From Candidatus Poribacteria bacterium (lineage in GTDB: Bacteria; Poribacteria; WGA-4E; GCA-2687025): a stretch of 64,000 nt of DNA. The position numbers and the translations under genes were made by a program. Below, one piece after another: positions 42,372 to 53,002 of the stretch (within the stretch, counting starts at the first letter, position 1; each line of letters opens with the position of its first letter). The notes beneath the pieces were generated by a model that saw only the letters and a program-made list of their open reading frames with translations, was not told where the DNA came from and ran no database searches. Location: the NCBI GenBank assembly GCA_963665845.2, contig OY762492.1, positions 736,001 through 800,000 on the forward strand, in the 5' to 3' direction.

Positions 42372-43483
42372 GCGTTGACGGCGGTCTTGCGGCTTCGTTT
42401 CAGCAAAAGCTGCTGGACTGGTTTCATCGGGACAAGCGGGATCTGCCGTGGCGCAACGCTTCCGACCCGTTCCATATCTTCGCGGCGGAGATCATGCTTC
42501 AGCAGACGCAGTCGGCGTCTGTCCTGCCGTATTATGAACGTTTTTTGAAACGTTTCCCGGACATACAGACGCTGGCGGAGGCGCCGCTGGACGAGGTTTA
42601 TCAGCAATGGCAGGGGCTGGGGTATTATTCGCGGGCGCGCCGTCTGCATGAGGCGGCGAAAATCATGATGGACAGGTTTGACGGGCAGGTGCCGAATACG
42701 GCGGAGGAGCTGATGTCGCTGCCGGGCGTCGGGCGTTACACGGCGGGCGCGGTGGCGAGCTCGGCGTATCAGGTCCCGGCGCCTGTGGTGGACGGGAACG
42801 TCATGCGCGTCTTGACGCGGATCTTTCGCGTTGAGGGCAACCCGAAAACGGGCGCGGCAAATAAGCGTCTGTGGGAGACCGCCGAGGCGCTGGTTCCGAG
42901 AGAGAACCCGAAAGATTTTAACGCGGCTCTCATGGAGCTGGGATCGCTGGTCTGTTCGCCTCGAAAGCCGAATTGCGGCGGCTGCCCCGTTTCGGCGCAT
43001 TGCGGCGCGTTTGAGCATGGCGAGACTGACCGGTTCCCAGAGAATCCGCCGCGCCCGAAGACGACCGCCTTGACGCATGTATCGGCGATGATCGTTCGAG
43101 AGAACCGTTTTTTGCTGGCGCAGCGTCCAGAAGAGGACCCTGGCGGTAAAATGTGGGCTGGTTTATGGGAGCTGCCGCGCGTTGAACGGGGAAAGGGCGA
43201 GTCGATAGAGGACGCGGCGGAGCGGGCGGGCTTGCAGGTGTGCGGCGTTCTGATCAAGGTCAAGAGGTCGTTCGGTTCGCTTCGCCACAGCGTGACGCGC
43301 TACCGCATACATCTGCATGGCGTTTACGCCGAATGGCAGGGCGGAGATCCGACGCCTCTGGAGTGTCAGAAGGCTGAATGGACAGACGAGTCGTCTTGGT
43401 CGGAATACGCGCTTTCGTCTCCGCAGCGGCGTTTAATTGCGAAAGCGTTTGACAACCCTACTCAAAATCTGTTATTCTCATGA
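42368..43483 (+). CDS. mutY: A/G-specific adenine DNA glycosylase
   Basis: RDLPWR, EIMLQQT, WQGLGYYSRAR, LPGVGRYTA, VDGNVMRV, C-X6-C-X2-C-X5-C cluster, NUDIX-like C-terminal domain. Confidence 0.95.
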   Translation: MSVDGGLAASFQQKLLDWFHRDKRDLPWRNASDPFHIFAAEIMLQQTQSASVLPYYERFLKRFPDIQTLAEAPLDEVYQQWQGLGYYSRARRLHEAAKIMMDRFDGQVPNTAEELMSLPGVGRYTAGAVASSAYQVPAPVVDGNVMRVLTRIFRVEGNPKTGAANKRLWETAEALVPRENPKDFNAALMELGSLVCSPRKPNCGGCPVSAHCGAFEHGETDRFPENPPRPKTTALTHVSAMIVRENRFLLAQRPEEDPGGKMWAGLWELPRVERGKGESIEDAAERAGLQVCGVLIKVKRSFGSLRHSVTRYRIHLHGVYAEWQGGDPTPLECQKAEWTDESSWSEYALSSPQRRLIAKAFDNPTQNLLFS

Positions 43484-43523
43484 TGTGTTTACTCATCGGC
43501 GCTCATCGGGGAGGAGCCTCCGC

Positions 43524-44357
43524 ATGAATTACGATCCGAGTTTTGATACGGGCATGGGCGGCGCTGGGGAGTTCCCTGGCGGGGACCTTGGCGGCGAGCA
43601 GCCGAAAGGGTCTAGCCGCCGTCTCGATATTCGGCGCGTTCTGATCTTTGCCGCCGCCGCCATTGCGATGGGCGTTTTCTGGAACAGCATCGCATTGAAG
43701 CCGCTGCGCGTGTTTGTTGTCTTCTTGCATGAAGCGAGTCATGCGATCATGACGGTCGCGACGGGCGGAGAGGTCAAAGACATGGCGGTGCGATTCGAAG
43801 AGGGCGGACATGTTGTGAGCCTAGGCGGCTCCCGCTTCTGGACGCTGACAGCGGGCTATCTCGGCAGCCTCGCGTGGGGCGTTCTGATCATGATGATCTC
43901 GTGCCGGACGAAGCACAGCCGTCCGCTGGCGATGGCGATGGGCGTCGGCGCGGCGCTGATCACCATTTTTTATATGCGCAACGGCGCCGGTTTGGCGATT
44001 GGGCTGGGCGCGTCGCTCTTTTTCATACTCGGCTCTCTCTTTTTGATTGAAGGCGCCGTGGTATGGACGATGCGCATCATCGGCTTGGGAAGCTGCCTTT
44101 ACGCGACATACGACATCGCCTCCGATGTGCTGTTCCGCCCCGCTCTGAGGTCGGACGCGCATATGCTGGCGGAATATACGGGCTTTCCGCCCTTTTTGTC
44201 CACAACGAACCAGACGCTTTTTTGGGGAGTGGTGTGGATACTCATCAGCATTGGCGCGACCGCTCTGACGGTGCGCGCGGCGTCCGTGAAGAAGGAGGCG
44301 CCTGCCGAGGAACCGCCGGAAGAGACGCAGGATTTATACGACGTGTACCGAGTTTAG
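43524..44357 (+). CDS. M50B-like membrane metallopeptidase
   Basis: FLHEASH, AGYLG, SDA motif; multiple TMs. Confidence 0.85.
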   Translation: MNYDPSFDTGMGGAGEFPGGDLGGEQPKGSSRRLDIRRVLIFAAAAIAMGVFWNSIALKPLRVFVVFLHEASHAIMTVATGGEVKDMAVRFEEGGHVVSLGGSRFWTLTAGYLGSLAWGVLIMMISCRTKHSRPLAMAMGVGAALITIFYMRNGAGLAIGLGASLFFILGSLFLIEGAVVWTMRIIGLGSCLYATYDIASDVLFRPALRSDAHMLAEYTGFPPFLSTTNQTLFWGVVWILISIGATALTVRAASVKKEAPAEEPPEETQDLYDVYRV

Positions 44358-44488
44358 TTGAGAGCGCCCATCAACCAGATCGTCATTCCCGCCCTTGCGG
44401 TAAAACGTGCGGGAATCCAGAGGCGCCGCGGAAGCCGTCTGCATTCGCATGTCGACATGTACCTACTTAAGACGTGAGGTCAGCGCCG

Positions 44489-45385
44489 ATGCGGCGGTTT
44501 CTCTTTTTTCTGTTTCGGTGGATGAAGCGTCTTGCGGGCGGGCGTTACGGTCGCGGATTTGCTAGCGCCCCGGCGGTCGGTCCGCTGTTTCAGCGCGCGT
44601 TTGCGATGTTGAAACCGCGCGGGATCGCCTTAACAAACTACCGCGGAATGCCGCTTTACGCGGACGCGGACGACCCCGCCCATGCGCCGCTTTTTCTCGG
44701 CGCGGAATATAACGATCCTGAAATCGATGCGGCGCAAAAGCGGCTCAAGCCCGGCATGACCGCCGTCGACATCGGCGCGAACATCGGCTGTTTTGCGCTG
44801 GCGATGGCGCGCGCGGTCGGTCCGTCGGGGCGCGTGTACGCTTTTGAGCCGATGCCGAAAAACCTTGAAACGCTGCGGCAAAACTGCGCGCTCAACAAGG
44901 CGTCCCATGTTGTCATCGAAGGAAAGGCGGTCGGCGACCGGAACGGAACGGCGCTGCTCTCTGTCGAAGAGGAAACGGGCGTCGCCGAACCTGTTTCATC
45001 GAAAAAAAAGGCGCCCGATGAACATCAAACGGCGCAGGCGGAAATGGTCGCTTTAGACGGCTACTTTGGAGATTCCCCTCCCCGCGTCGACTTTGTCAAA
45101 ATGGACATACAGGGTTTTGAGGCGGCGGCGCTGCGCGGGATGAAGCGTCTCCTGGAAGCGAATCCGCAGATGGAGATGATCGTGGAGCTGGACCCTGAAC
45201 GGCTGACCGCCTGCGGCGACGACCCGATGCATTTCCTGCAGGCGCTGACGGGGCATGGCTTCTCGCTGTTTCATGTGTCGCATGCGCGGAAGGCGCGGGA
45301 GCGTTTGCGCCCCGTCTCGCCGGAGGAGGCGTTGTCGATCTGCGCGGCGGAGCGGCGGCACATCAACCTATACTGCGCCCGTTGA
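44489..45385 (+). CDS. FkbM family methyltransferase
   Basis: VDIGANIG, VYAFEP, FVKMDIQGFE. Confidence 0.9.
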   Translation: MRRFLFFLFRWMKRLAGGRYGRGFASAPAVGPLFQRAFAMLKPRGIALTNYRGMPLYADADDPAHAPLFLGAEYNDPEIDAAQKRLKPGMTAVDIGANIGCFALAMARAVGPSGRVYAFEPMPKNLETLRQNCALNKASHVVIEGKAVGDRNGTALLSVEEETGVAEPVSSKKKAPDEHQTAQAEMVALDGYFGDSPPRVDFVKMDIQGFEAAALRGMKRLLEANPQMEMIVELDPERLTACGDDPMHFLQALTGHGFSLFHVSHARKARERLRPVSPEEALSICAAERRHINLYCAR

Positions 45386-45455
45386 GCGTCATTTCCGCCC
45401 TTGCGGTAAAACATAAACGCGCGGGAATCCAGAGGCGAACCCGAAACCGTCTTCT

Positions 45456-45535
45456 GTCTGAACTAGGATGCCAAGAAAATTCCCGTCATCCGCTAATCTT
45501 GGCAATCTTAAAAATCCTTCAATCCTAGTTCAAAA
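45456..45535. repeat. GTCTGAACTAGGAT...ATCCTAGTTCAAA long hairpin repeat (other copies 48693, 48951, 49208, 49459; half copy 17938)
   Basis: Read directly; nested inverted repeats. Confidence 0.85.
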
Positions 45536-45635
45536 CCGACTTCAACCCGCGCGCCTAAGATTCCCGCTTACGCGGGAATGACGACCCGGTTGGCGCCGCT
45601 TGCCCCCGCCCGCCGAGCATGCTATAAACATGCCC

Positions 45636-48600
45636 ATGCCGAAACTGAACCTCCTCCCGACGCATAAGGCGGTCAAGGATTACTACGCCGCCATGAGCGA
45701 CTTAGCCGCGCACGGCGCCGACCAAGAAGGAGCCGTCAGCGGACCGTTCTACGCGCTCATGCAGTATTGCGCAAAGAAAGTGAACGCCACTTTCCAACGC
45801 GAATACCGCATGAAAGGCAGCCGCGGCGCCATCGCCATCGACGGAGCCGTCCTGCATGAGCTGGGCTTGCCGTTCGCCTACTGGGAAGCGAAAGACATCC
45901 ATGACAACCTCGCCAAAGCCGTTCAGCAGAAACGGGAGGCGGGATACCCGTTCGACAACATCCTGTTCCAGACCCCCGAACGCGCCATTCTGTTTCAAAA
46001 TGAGCAGGAAACGCTGAACGCCGACATCTCCAAATCGACCGACCTGGTCAAAACGCTGAAGCTGCTGTTTGAATATGAACGCCCCGAATTCGGCAACTGG
46101 GAAGCGGCGGCGTCAGAGTTCCGACAGCATGTCCCCGACATCGCCGCCGAACTGAAACAGAAAATACAGCAGGAGCGAAGCGGCGTCAGCAAATTCGCCC
46201 AAGCGTTCGACAAGTTTTACGCCCTATGCAGAGACGCCGTCAACCCAGACCTGTCCGCGGAGGCGGTCGAAGAGATGCTCATTCAGCATATCCTGACCGA
46301 GCGCATCTTCCGAACCGTCTTCAACAACTCCGACTTTACCCGCCGAAACATCATCGCCCGCGAAATCGAACTGGTCGTGGACGCCCTGACCGCCAAAGCC
46401 ATCAGCCGAGAAGCGTATCTGAAACGGCTTGACCGATACTACAACGCCGTCGAACAGGCGGCAAAAACCTGCCAAGAGTTTTCGCAAAAACAGCATCTCC
46501 TGAACGCGTTCTATGAAACCTTTTTTCAAAGCTTCTCTGAAGATGTTGCCGACACGCACGGCATCGTCTACACCCCGCAGCCGATCGTCAACTTCATGGT
46601 CAACAGCGTTCAGCATCTCCTCAAAACCGAGTTCAACCGCAGCCTCTCCAGCGAAGGCGTCCATATCATCGACCCGTTTGTCGGGACCGGCAATTTCATC
46701 GTCAGGCTCATGCGCGAGATCGACGGAACGGCGCTGGCGCATAAATACGCCCACGAGCTGCACTGCAACGAGGTCATGCTGCTGCCGTATTATATCGCCA
46801 GCCTGAACATCGAGCAGGAGCATTGGCGGCGGATGGGGGAGTATGAGCCGTTTGAGGGCATCGTGTTTGCCGATACGTTCGATATTACGGATTCTCAAGG
46901 AAACTTCTTGACGGAACGCAACGCGGAGCGCGTGAGCCAGCAGAGGCAGGTCGATATGACGATCGTCATCGGGAATCCGCCCTACAACGCAGGACAAGTG
47001 AACCAAAACGACAACAACAAGAACCGCAAATACGAGACCATGGACGGGCGCGTCCGCGAGACCTATGTCGCCGCTTCAAAGGCAAGAAATAAAAATGCGC
47101 TTTATGATCCGTATGTGAAGGCGATTCGGTGGGCATCCGACCGTATTAAAGAAGAGGGAATCGTCGCGTTCGTGACGAATAACGGCTTTCTGGACGGCAT
47201 TGCGTTCGACGGAATGCGGAAGCATCTGGAGCAGGATTTTACAAAGATCTACCATATCAACATGAAAGGAAACGCGCGGACCTCAGGCGAACGGCGGCGA
47301 CAGGAAGGCGGAAACGTATTTGACGATCAGATTCGGGTCGGCGTCGGGATTTCGTTTTTCATTAAAAAAGCGGACGCCTCCTCTGACGAGGCTGAAGTGT
47401 CGATTTACTCCGTTGACGACTATATGAAAGCGCGAGACAAGCAGCAGCTTTTAAACAAATTCGAAAGCTGTTCAAGCGTTCCAATGAAGCGGGCGGAGGT
47501 GGACTCAAAGCATACTTGGTTGACTGAAGGCATGCGCGCTGAGTTTGAAACCTTTACCCCGATAGGAACGAAGAAAGCGGCAAAAGATGAGACCGTAGAT
47601 GCGATCTTCAAAATCTACAGCGGCGGCGTTGGTACAGCTCGCGACGCTTGGGCTTACAACTTCAACCGAACCGCCCTTGCCGGCAACATGCAGCGAACGA
47701 TCAATGCTTACAATGAAGAGTGGTCAAGGTGGGAATTGTATAAGGAAGATAACCTTAATCTTGATGATTTCGTGAATTCTGATGAAACAATAATCAAGTG
47801 GAGTCGAAATCTAAAAAACGATTTGCAGCGGAAAAACATGGCTGTATTTTCAGAAAGCAAAATTAGAGAATCGCTGTACCGTCCATTCGCAAAACGCTTT
47901 CTGTTTTTCGATAAAATCATGAATCATGAGGTTTCCAGAATCCCGTTAATGCTGCCTACAATTGAAGCAGAAAATCGGGTGATTTGCATCAATTCCCCAG
48001 GGTCCACCCAACCTTTCCAAACATTGATGGCGGATGTGATTCCAGATCATCATCTTACGGGCGATGCCAAATGCTTTCCGTTCTACACCTACGATGAGGA
48101 CGGCTCCAACCGCCGCGAAAACATCACCGATTGGGCGTTGTCCGCCTTCCGTTCGCATTACGGCGATCCGTCCATTTCGCGCTGGGATATTTTCCATTAT
48201 GTGTACGGGCTGCTGCATCATCCCGACTACCGAGCGCGTTATGAGAAGAATCTGAAGCGCGACCTGCCGCATATTCCGTTTGCGCCTGCGTTTTGGGCGT
48301 TTGCGTCGGCGGGGGCGGCGTTGGCGGATCTGCATGTGAACTACGAGTCGGCGGCGCCGTATGCGCTGGAGATGATCGAGGCGTCGGGCGCGTCTGTAGA
48401 TTGGCGGGTCGAGAAGATGCGCCTCTCCAAAGACAAGACGTCGATTCGGTATAACGATTTTTTGACGTTGTCGGGCATACCGCCTGCGGCGCTGGAGTAT
48501 CGTCTAGGGAATCGGTCGGCGCTGGAGTGGGTCGTGAATCAGTATCAGGTGAAGACGGACAAGCGCAGCGGCATCGTGAACGACCCGAACCGCGATGACG

Positions 48601-48698
48601 ATCCGCAGTATATCGTGAACTTGCTTCGGCGCGTCGTCTCCGTCAGCCTCAAGACGGTTGAGATCGTCAACGCCCTCCCGCGCCCCCTTTCCGTCTGA
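45636..48698 (+). CDS. Fused restriction-modification protein (N6-adenine MTase + type ISP-like specificity domain, no helicase)
   Basis: IDG..WEAKD nuclease-like N-terminus, GIVYTP, IIDPFVGTGNF, GNPPY, YRPF, RRENITDWAL, IFHYVYGLLH, LGNRSALEWV. Confidence 0.88.
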   Translation: MPKLNLLPTHKAVKDYYAAMSDLAAHGADQEGAVSGPFYALMQYCAKKVNATFQREYRMKGSRGAIAIDGAVLHELGLPFAYWEAKDIHDNLAKAVQQKREAGYPFDNILFQTPERAILFQNEQETLNADISKSTDLVKTLKLLFEYERPEFGNWEAAASEFRQHVPDIAAELKQKIQQERSGVSKFAQAFDKFYALCRDAVNPDLSAEAVEEMLIQHILTERIFRTVFNNSDFTRRNIIAREIELVVDALTAKAISREAYLKRLDRYYNAVEQAAKTCQEFSQKQHLLNAFYETFFQSFSEDVADTHGIVYTPQPIVNFMVNSVQHLLKTEFNRSLSSEGVHIIDPFVGTGNFIVRLMREIDGTALAHKYAHELHCNEVMLLPYYIASLNIEQEHWRRMGEYEPFEGIVFADTFDITDSQGNFLTERNAERVSQQRQVDMTIVIGNPPYNAGQVNQNDNNKNRKYETMDGRVRETYVAASKARNKNALYDPYVKAIRWASDRIKEEGIVAFVTNNGFLDGIAFDGMRKHLEQDFTKIYHINMKGNARTSGERRRQEGGNVFDDQIRVGVGISFFIKKADASSDEAEVSIYSVDDYMKARDKQQLLNKFESCSSVPMKRAEVDSKHTWLTEGMRAEFETFTPIGTKKAAKDETVDAIFKIYSGGVGTARDAWAYNFNRTALAGNMQRTINAYNEEWSRWELYKEDNLNLDDFVNSDETIIKWSRNLKNDLQRKNMAVFSESKIRESLYRPFAKRFLFFDKIMNHEVSRIPLMLPTIEAENRVICINSPGSTQPFQTLMADVIPDHHLTGDAKCFPFYTYDEDGSNRRENITDWALSAFRSHYGDPSISRWDIFHYVYGLLHHPDYRARYEKNLKRDLPHIPFAPAFWAFASAGAALADLHVNYESAAPYALEMIEASGASVDWRVEKMRLSKDKTSIRYNDFLTLSGIPPAALEYRLGNRSALEWVVNQYQVKTDKRSGIVNDPNRDDDPQYIVNLLRRVVSVSLKTVEIVNALPRPLSV

Positions 48699-49557
48699 AC
48701 TAGGATTGCCAAGATTGAAAAGATAGCCAAGAAAATTCCCGTGCGCGGCGCTCTTGGCAATCTTCATAATCCTTTAATCCTAGTTCAAAGCCAGCGCAAC
48801 CCTCCCGCGTTCACCCCAAACATCCATCCTACCCGCCGTCATTCCCGCGTAAGCGGGAATCCAGAGGCGACCCCGAAACCGCCCGCGTTTTACCTCAAGC
48901 GTCCGGCAGCCCAAAGCGTCATTCCCGCGTAAGCGGGAATCTTAGCCACTGTCTGAACTAGGATTGCCAAGATTGAAAAGATAGCCAAGAAAATTCCCGT
49001 GCGCGGCGCTCTTGGCAATCTTCATAATCCTTTAATCCTAGTTCAAAGCCAGCGCAACCCGCCCGCGTTCACCCCAAACATCCATCCTACCCGCCGTCAT
49101 TCCCGCGTAAGCGGGAATCCAGAGGCGACCCCGAAACCGCCCGCGTTTACCTCAAGCGTCCGGCGGCACAAAGCGTCATTCCCGCGTAAGCGGGAATCTT
49201 AGCCACTGTCTGAACTAAGATTTGCATGATTGAAAAGATAGCCAAGAAAATTCCCGTGCGCGGCGCTCTTGGCAATCTTCATAATCCTTTAATCCTAGTT
49301 CAAAGCCAGCGCAACCCGCCCGCGTTCACCCCAAACATCCATCCTACCCGCCGTCATTCCCGCGTAAGCGGGAATCCAGAGGCGACCCCGAAACCGCCCG
49401 CGCAAACCCCCCAGCCCCCTTTTCAAGGGGGAGAGTAGTCGGCGCCGCCGCGGTTCTCGTCTGAACTAGGATTGCCAAGATTGAAGAGATTGCCAAGAAA
49501 ATTCCCGCGCGCCGCTATCTTGGCAATCTTAATCATCCTTCAATCCTAGTTCAAAAC
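48693..49557. repeat. Tandem array of about 258-bp composite units (starts 48693, 48951, 49208, partial 49459)
   Basis: Near-identical units, each a long hairpin plus 1-2 CGTC palindromes. Confidence 0.95.
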
Positions 49558-49577
49558 AAGCGCAACCCGCGCGCCCT

Positions 49578-49875
49578 TTAAGATTCCCGCTTGCGCGGGA
49601 ATGACGGGTCGCCGGACGCGGGCATGACTGCCGAATGCGGACGTCTTCTGCCGGGACTCTGGATTCCCGCTTGCGCGGGAATGCATGCCCTCGCGGAAGC
49701 GGGGGACGTTTGCCGGACGCGGGCATGACTGCCGAATGCGGATGTCGTCTGCCGGGACTCTGGATTCCCGCTTGCGCGGGAATGTATGTCCTCGCGTAAG
49801 CGGGGAACGGTCTTGTTGGCGCCGCCTTTTCCCCATAAATAGACAGATTCTCGGTTCAGATGTCCCAATTTTAGG
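49578..49875. repeat. Three palindromes with a duplicated ~100-bp linker and a partial MITE-A end
   Basis: GCCGGACGCGGGCATGACTGCCGAATGCGGA at 49611 and 49712; linker is homologous to the reverse complement of about 7960-8010. Confidence 0.8.
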
Positions 49876-49909
49876 AATGTTTATTGAGCCTCTTGGCGCT
49901 AACATACAC

Positions 49910-51517
49910 ATGCGGAAGATAGAAAGGCGGGCGGTTTTGACAAGCATAACACCGAAGCGCTGGCGTCAGTATGCGCTGCTGTTGGGCTTCGCGCTGCTTT
50001 ATACGGCGATCCATCCAAACTGGCTTTCCACGGCGGTACATCCGAAATGGAGCCTGTTTTGGCTGGGCTGGTTGGCGGCGGTTCCGCTGCTGTTGGCGCT
50101 GCGTCGGGCGGACACTTGGCGGCGCGCGTTCTGGTATGGCTGGCTGGGCGGTTTCGGCGCGTTTTTAGGCGTCGTCGGCTGGCTTTACAAGGTGGGGATG
50201 TATTCGGCGGTCGGTCCGCGCTTCGGGTGGATCGTCGGCGCGTTTGGAGCGGCGCTGCTGGCGGCGTATTTAGGGCTGTATGTCGGGCTGTTCGGCGTCC
50301 TGATTGTGAAGGCGGCGCCGCGCAGCCGTTTCTTCTATGCGCCCGCCGCCGCTTGCTTTTGGGTTTTATGCGAGTGGCTGCGCAGCTGGATGTTAACAGG
50401 CTTTCCGTGGGCGACTCTCGGCGCGTCGCAGTGGAACTGTTTGCCGGTTGCGCAGCTGGCGTCTCTCGGCGGCGAGACGCTCATCAGTTTTGTGTTGATG
50501 TATGTGAACGCCGCTGTTGCGCTTCTCGTCATGGAGCGTCCCAAATGGACGCGCGGGCTGGCATGGTCGTCGCCGGCGCTGGCGTTGTGCGCGCTCGCGT
50601 TTCTATACGGCGCGCATGCCCTCAACCAACAACAGCCGACAGAAAACGCCGTCCGCTTCGCGGTCGTTCCAGGGAATCTCCCCCAAGATGAACGCTGGAA
50701 ACGAGACTCTCTAAAGGAAAATTTTGAGCATTACATGGCGCTGATGGAAAAAGCGGCGAAGGAGAAGCCGGACGCGGTCATTCTGCCGGAGACCTCCATT
50801 CTGCTAACGGCTCTGGACGAGGCGCAGCGGGAGCGGTTTGAGCAGTTTCCAGAAACGCATGGCGTCGACCTTCTCTACGGCGCGCCGCGCCGCGATCCCG
50901 ACACGCTCTCCTATTTTAACTCCGCCATCGCCGTTGACGATAATGGCGCCGCGCTGCAGTTTTACAATAAGCAGCATCTTGTCCCGTTCGGCGAATATAT
51001 CCCGCTGCGGGAGCTGCTGCCGAAGTTTATCGTGGAGCGGGTGATCGGAATCGGCGATTACGCCTTCGGGAAACGAGCGAATCTGCTGGAAATCGCCGGG
51101 GCGAAGGCGGGCGTTCCGATCTGTTTTGAGTCGGTCTTTTCCGAAATCAGCCGAGAATTTGTCCGCAGCGGCGCCGACCTTCTGATCGTTTTGACGAACG
51201 ACGGCTGGTACGACGGAACGCCGGCGATTCCTCAACACAATGTCTGCTCCGTCTTCCGCGCCATCGAGACGCGCCGCTGGCTTGTGCGGGCGGCGAACCG
51301 CGGCGTTTCATGCTTTATCGATCCATACGGGCGTATTGTCGGCGATCAGGTGAAGCCGTCGGACCGAAACGGCGTCATCGCGGCGGAGGTTTCGACCCGT
51401 ACCGACCAAACATGGTATGCGCGATGGGGGAATTGGGTCTCTTTTTGGTCGATATTTGCGTCATTGGGTTTCATAGCGGCTATGATTATACGCGGTCGCA
51501 GAGAGGAGCGCGAATAA
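49910..51517 (+). CDS. lnt: Apolipoprotein N-acyltransferase
   Basis: EWLRS..LTGFPW, LPET, YNKQHLVPFGEYIP, ICFES, TNDGW, RAIE, RAANRGVS; exact start uncertain. Confidence 0.93.
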   Translation: MRKIERRAVLTSITPKRWRQYALLLGFALLYTAIHPNWLSTAVHPKWSLFWLGWLAAVPLLLALRRADTWRRAFWYGWLGGFGAFLGVVGWLYKVGMYSAVGPRFGWIVGAFGAALLAAYLGLYVGLFGVLIVKAAPRSRFFYAPAAACFWVLCEWLRSWMLTGFPWATLGASQWNCLPVAQLASLGGETLISFVLMYVNAAVALLVMERPKWTRGLAWSSPALALCALAFLYGAHALNQQQPTENAVRFAVVPGNLPQDERWKRDSLKENFEHYMALMEKAAKEKPDAVILPETSILLTALDEAQRERFEQFPETHGVDLLYGAPRRDPDTLSYFNSAIAVDDNGAALQFYNKQHLVPFGEYIPLRELLPKFIVERVIGIGDYAFGKRANLLEIAGAKAGVPICFESVFSEISREFVRSGADLLIVLTNDGWYDGTPAIPQHNVCSVFRAIETRRWLVRAANRGVSCFIDPYGRIVGDQVKPSDRNGVIAAEVSTRTDQTWYARWGNWVSFWSIFASLGFIAAMIIRGRREERE

Positions 51518-52621
51518 TGGCAAGCGAAGTCGCTGCAAAATTGAACGCCTTGAAGAAGCGGGTTCTAGAATTGCGAGACGGTCTTTAACCTGGACGCGGC
51601 AGAGAACGAGATTGCAGAGATAGAGGAGCGGTCGGAGCAGGCAGATTTTTGGACAGACCGCGAAGCGGCTCAAAAGGCGCAGAGGCGTCTGGCGCAGCTG
51701 CGCAAGCCTGTGGAGGCATGGGCGTCGCTGAACGGCGAGGTTGCGGACGCGCTCGAGTTTGCGCTCATGGCGGAAGAGGAGAGCGACGCTGAAATCGAGG
51801 CGGAGATGGCGGCGCAGCTGCCGGCGCTGACGCAGAAGGTCGAACAGCAGGAGCTCGCCATGATGCTCCAAGGCGACCATGACGACAGGGACGCCATCGT
51901 CACCATCAATCCCGGCGCCGGCGGAACCGAGTCGCAGGACTGGGCGTCCATGCTGTTTCGAATGTATCTGCGCTGGGCGGACGCGCGCGGCTACGAGGCG
52001 GAAACGTTAGACAACCAGCCGGGCGACCAAGCCGGCATCAAGAGCGCGACGATTGCCGTAAAAGGCGCCTCCGCCTACGGGTATCTGCGCTCCGAGTCGG
52101 GCATCCACCGCCTGGTGCGCATCTCCCCGTTCGACTCCAGCGGGCGCCGCCACACCTCCTTTGCGGCGGTTTATGTCACGCCCGATCTGGACGACTCCAT
52201 TGAGGTTGAAATCGCCGAGAACGAGCTGCGCATCGACACGTTCCGCTCCGGCGGTCCGGGCGGTCAACACGCGAACATGACCGACTCGGCGGTGCGGATG
52301 ACGCATCTTCCGACCGGCATTTTTGTGGTATGCAGGAATGAACGTTCCCAGCATAAGAACCGGGCGACAGCGCTGCGCGTTCTCAAATCGCGCCTGTTTG
52401 CGCATTATCAGGCGGAGCAGGACGCCGAGCTGGCGAAGCGGCATGGCGAAAAAAGCGAGATCGCGTTCGGCAATCAGATACGTTCTTATGTGTTTCATCC
52501 CTACCGCATGGTGAAGGATCACCGCACGAACGCGGAGACAGGCAATCTGCATGCGGTCATGGACGGCGGCTTGGACATGTTCATCGAGTCGTATCTGAAG
52601 CAGTCGGCTGTCGGAGTTTAG
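51517..52621 (+). CDS. prfB: Peptide chain release factor 2 with programmed +1 frameshift at codon 23/24
   Basis: ATG 51517; CTT TAA C at 51583-51589; +1 frame continues NLDAA..DFW..; GAGGTESQDW, SPF, GGQ motifs. Confidence 0.95.
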
Positions 52622-52630
52622 GTTCGTTTC

Positions 52631-53002
52631 ATGAAAAAATCTTCAGCTCAACCAAAACTGCAGCCTTGGGCGGTTCTGCGTTTTGCGCGGCTGCAAAATG
52701 TTTCGGCGGACGGCGTGGATCTGCGTTTTGCGGACATGCGCCATGCGGATCTGCGGGGGGCAAATCTTTCGGGCGCCAATCTTGGCGGGGCGAATCTGTT
52801 CGGCGCGCGGTTGGACGGGGCGGATTTGACGAACGCGGATCTGCGCCATGCGAATCTTCAAGAGGCGAATCTTTCGGGCGCAGCAATGGAAGGCGCCTTG
52901 ACCGAAGACGCCCGCTGCGACGAGTTCACCCTGCTGCCGAGCGGCATGGACGCGCAGTCGGCAAAAGCCGCCGTCGTCCGTTCCGAATGGAATTTGGAGT
53001 GA
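52631..53002 (+). CDS. Pentapeptide repeat protein
   Basis: ADLRG/ANLSG/ANLGG/ANLFG repeats. Confidence 0.85.
   Translation: MKKSSAQPKLQPWAVLRFARLQNVSADGVDLRFADMRHADLRGANLSGANLGGANLFGARLDGADLTNADLRHANLQEANLSGAAMEGALTEDARCDEFTLLPSGMDAQSAKAAVVRSEWNLE

Noticed and set aside
48693-49557. CRISPR/TIGR-like guide array or repeated small genes (MRGALGNLH...)
   Set aside because: Units are near-identical with no variable spacers; the ORFs are translations of known repeat families.
51710-52621. prfB as a 303-aa gene or as a pseudogene
   Set aside because: The N-terminus is encoded from 51517 and joined by the known programmed +1 frameshift.
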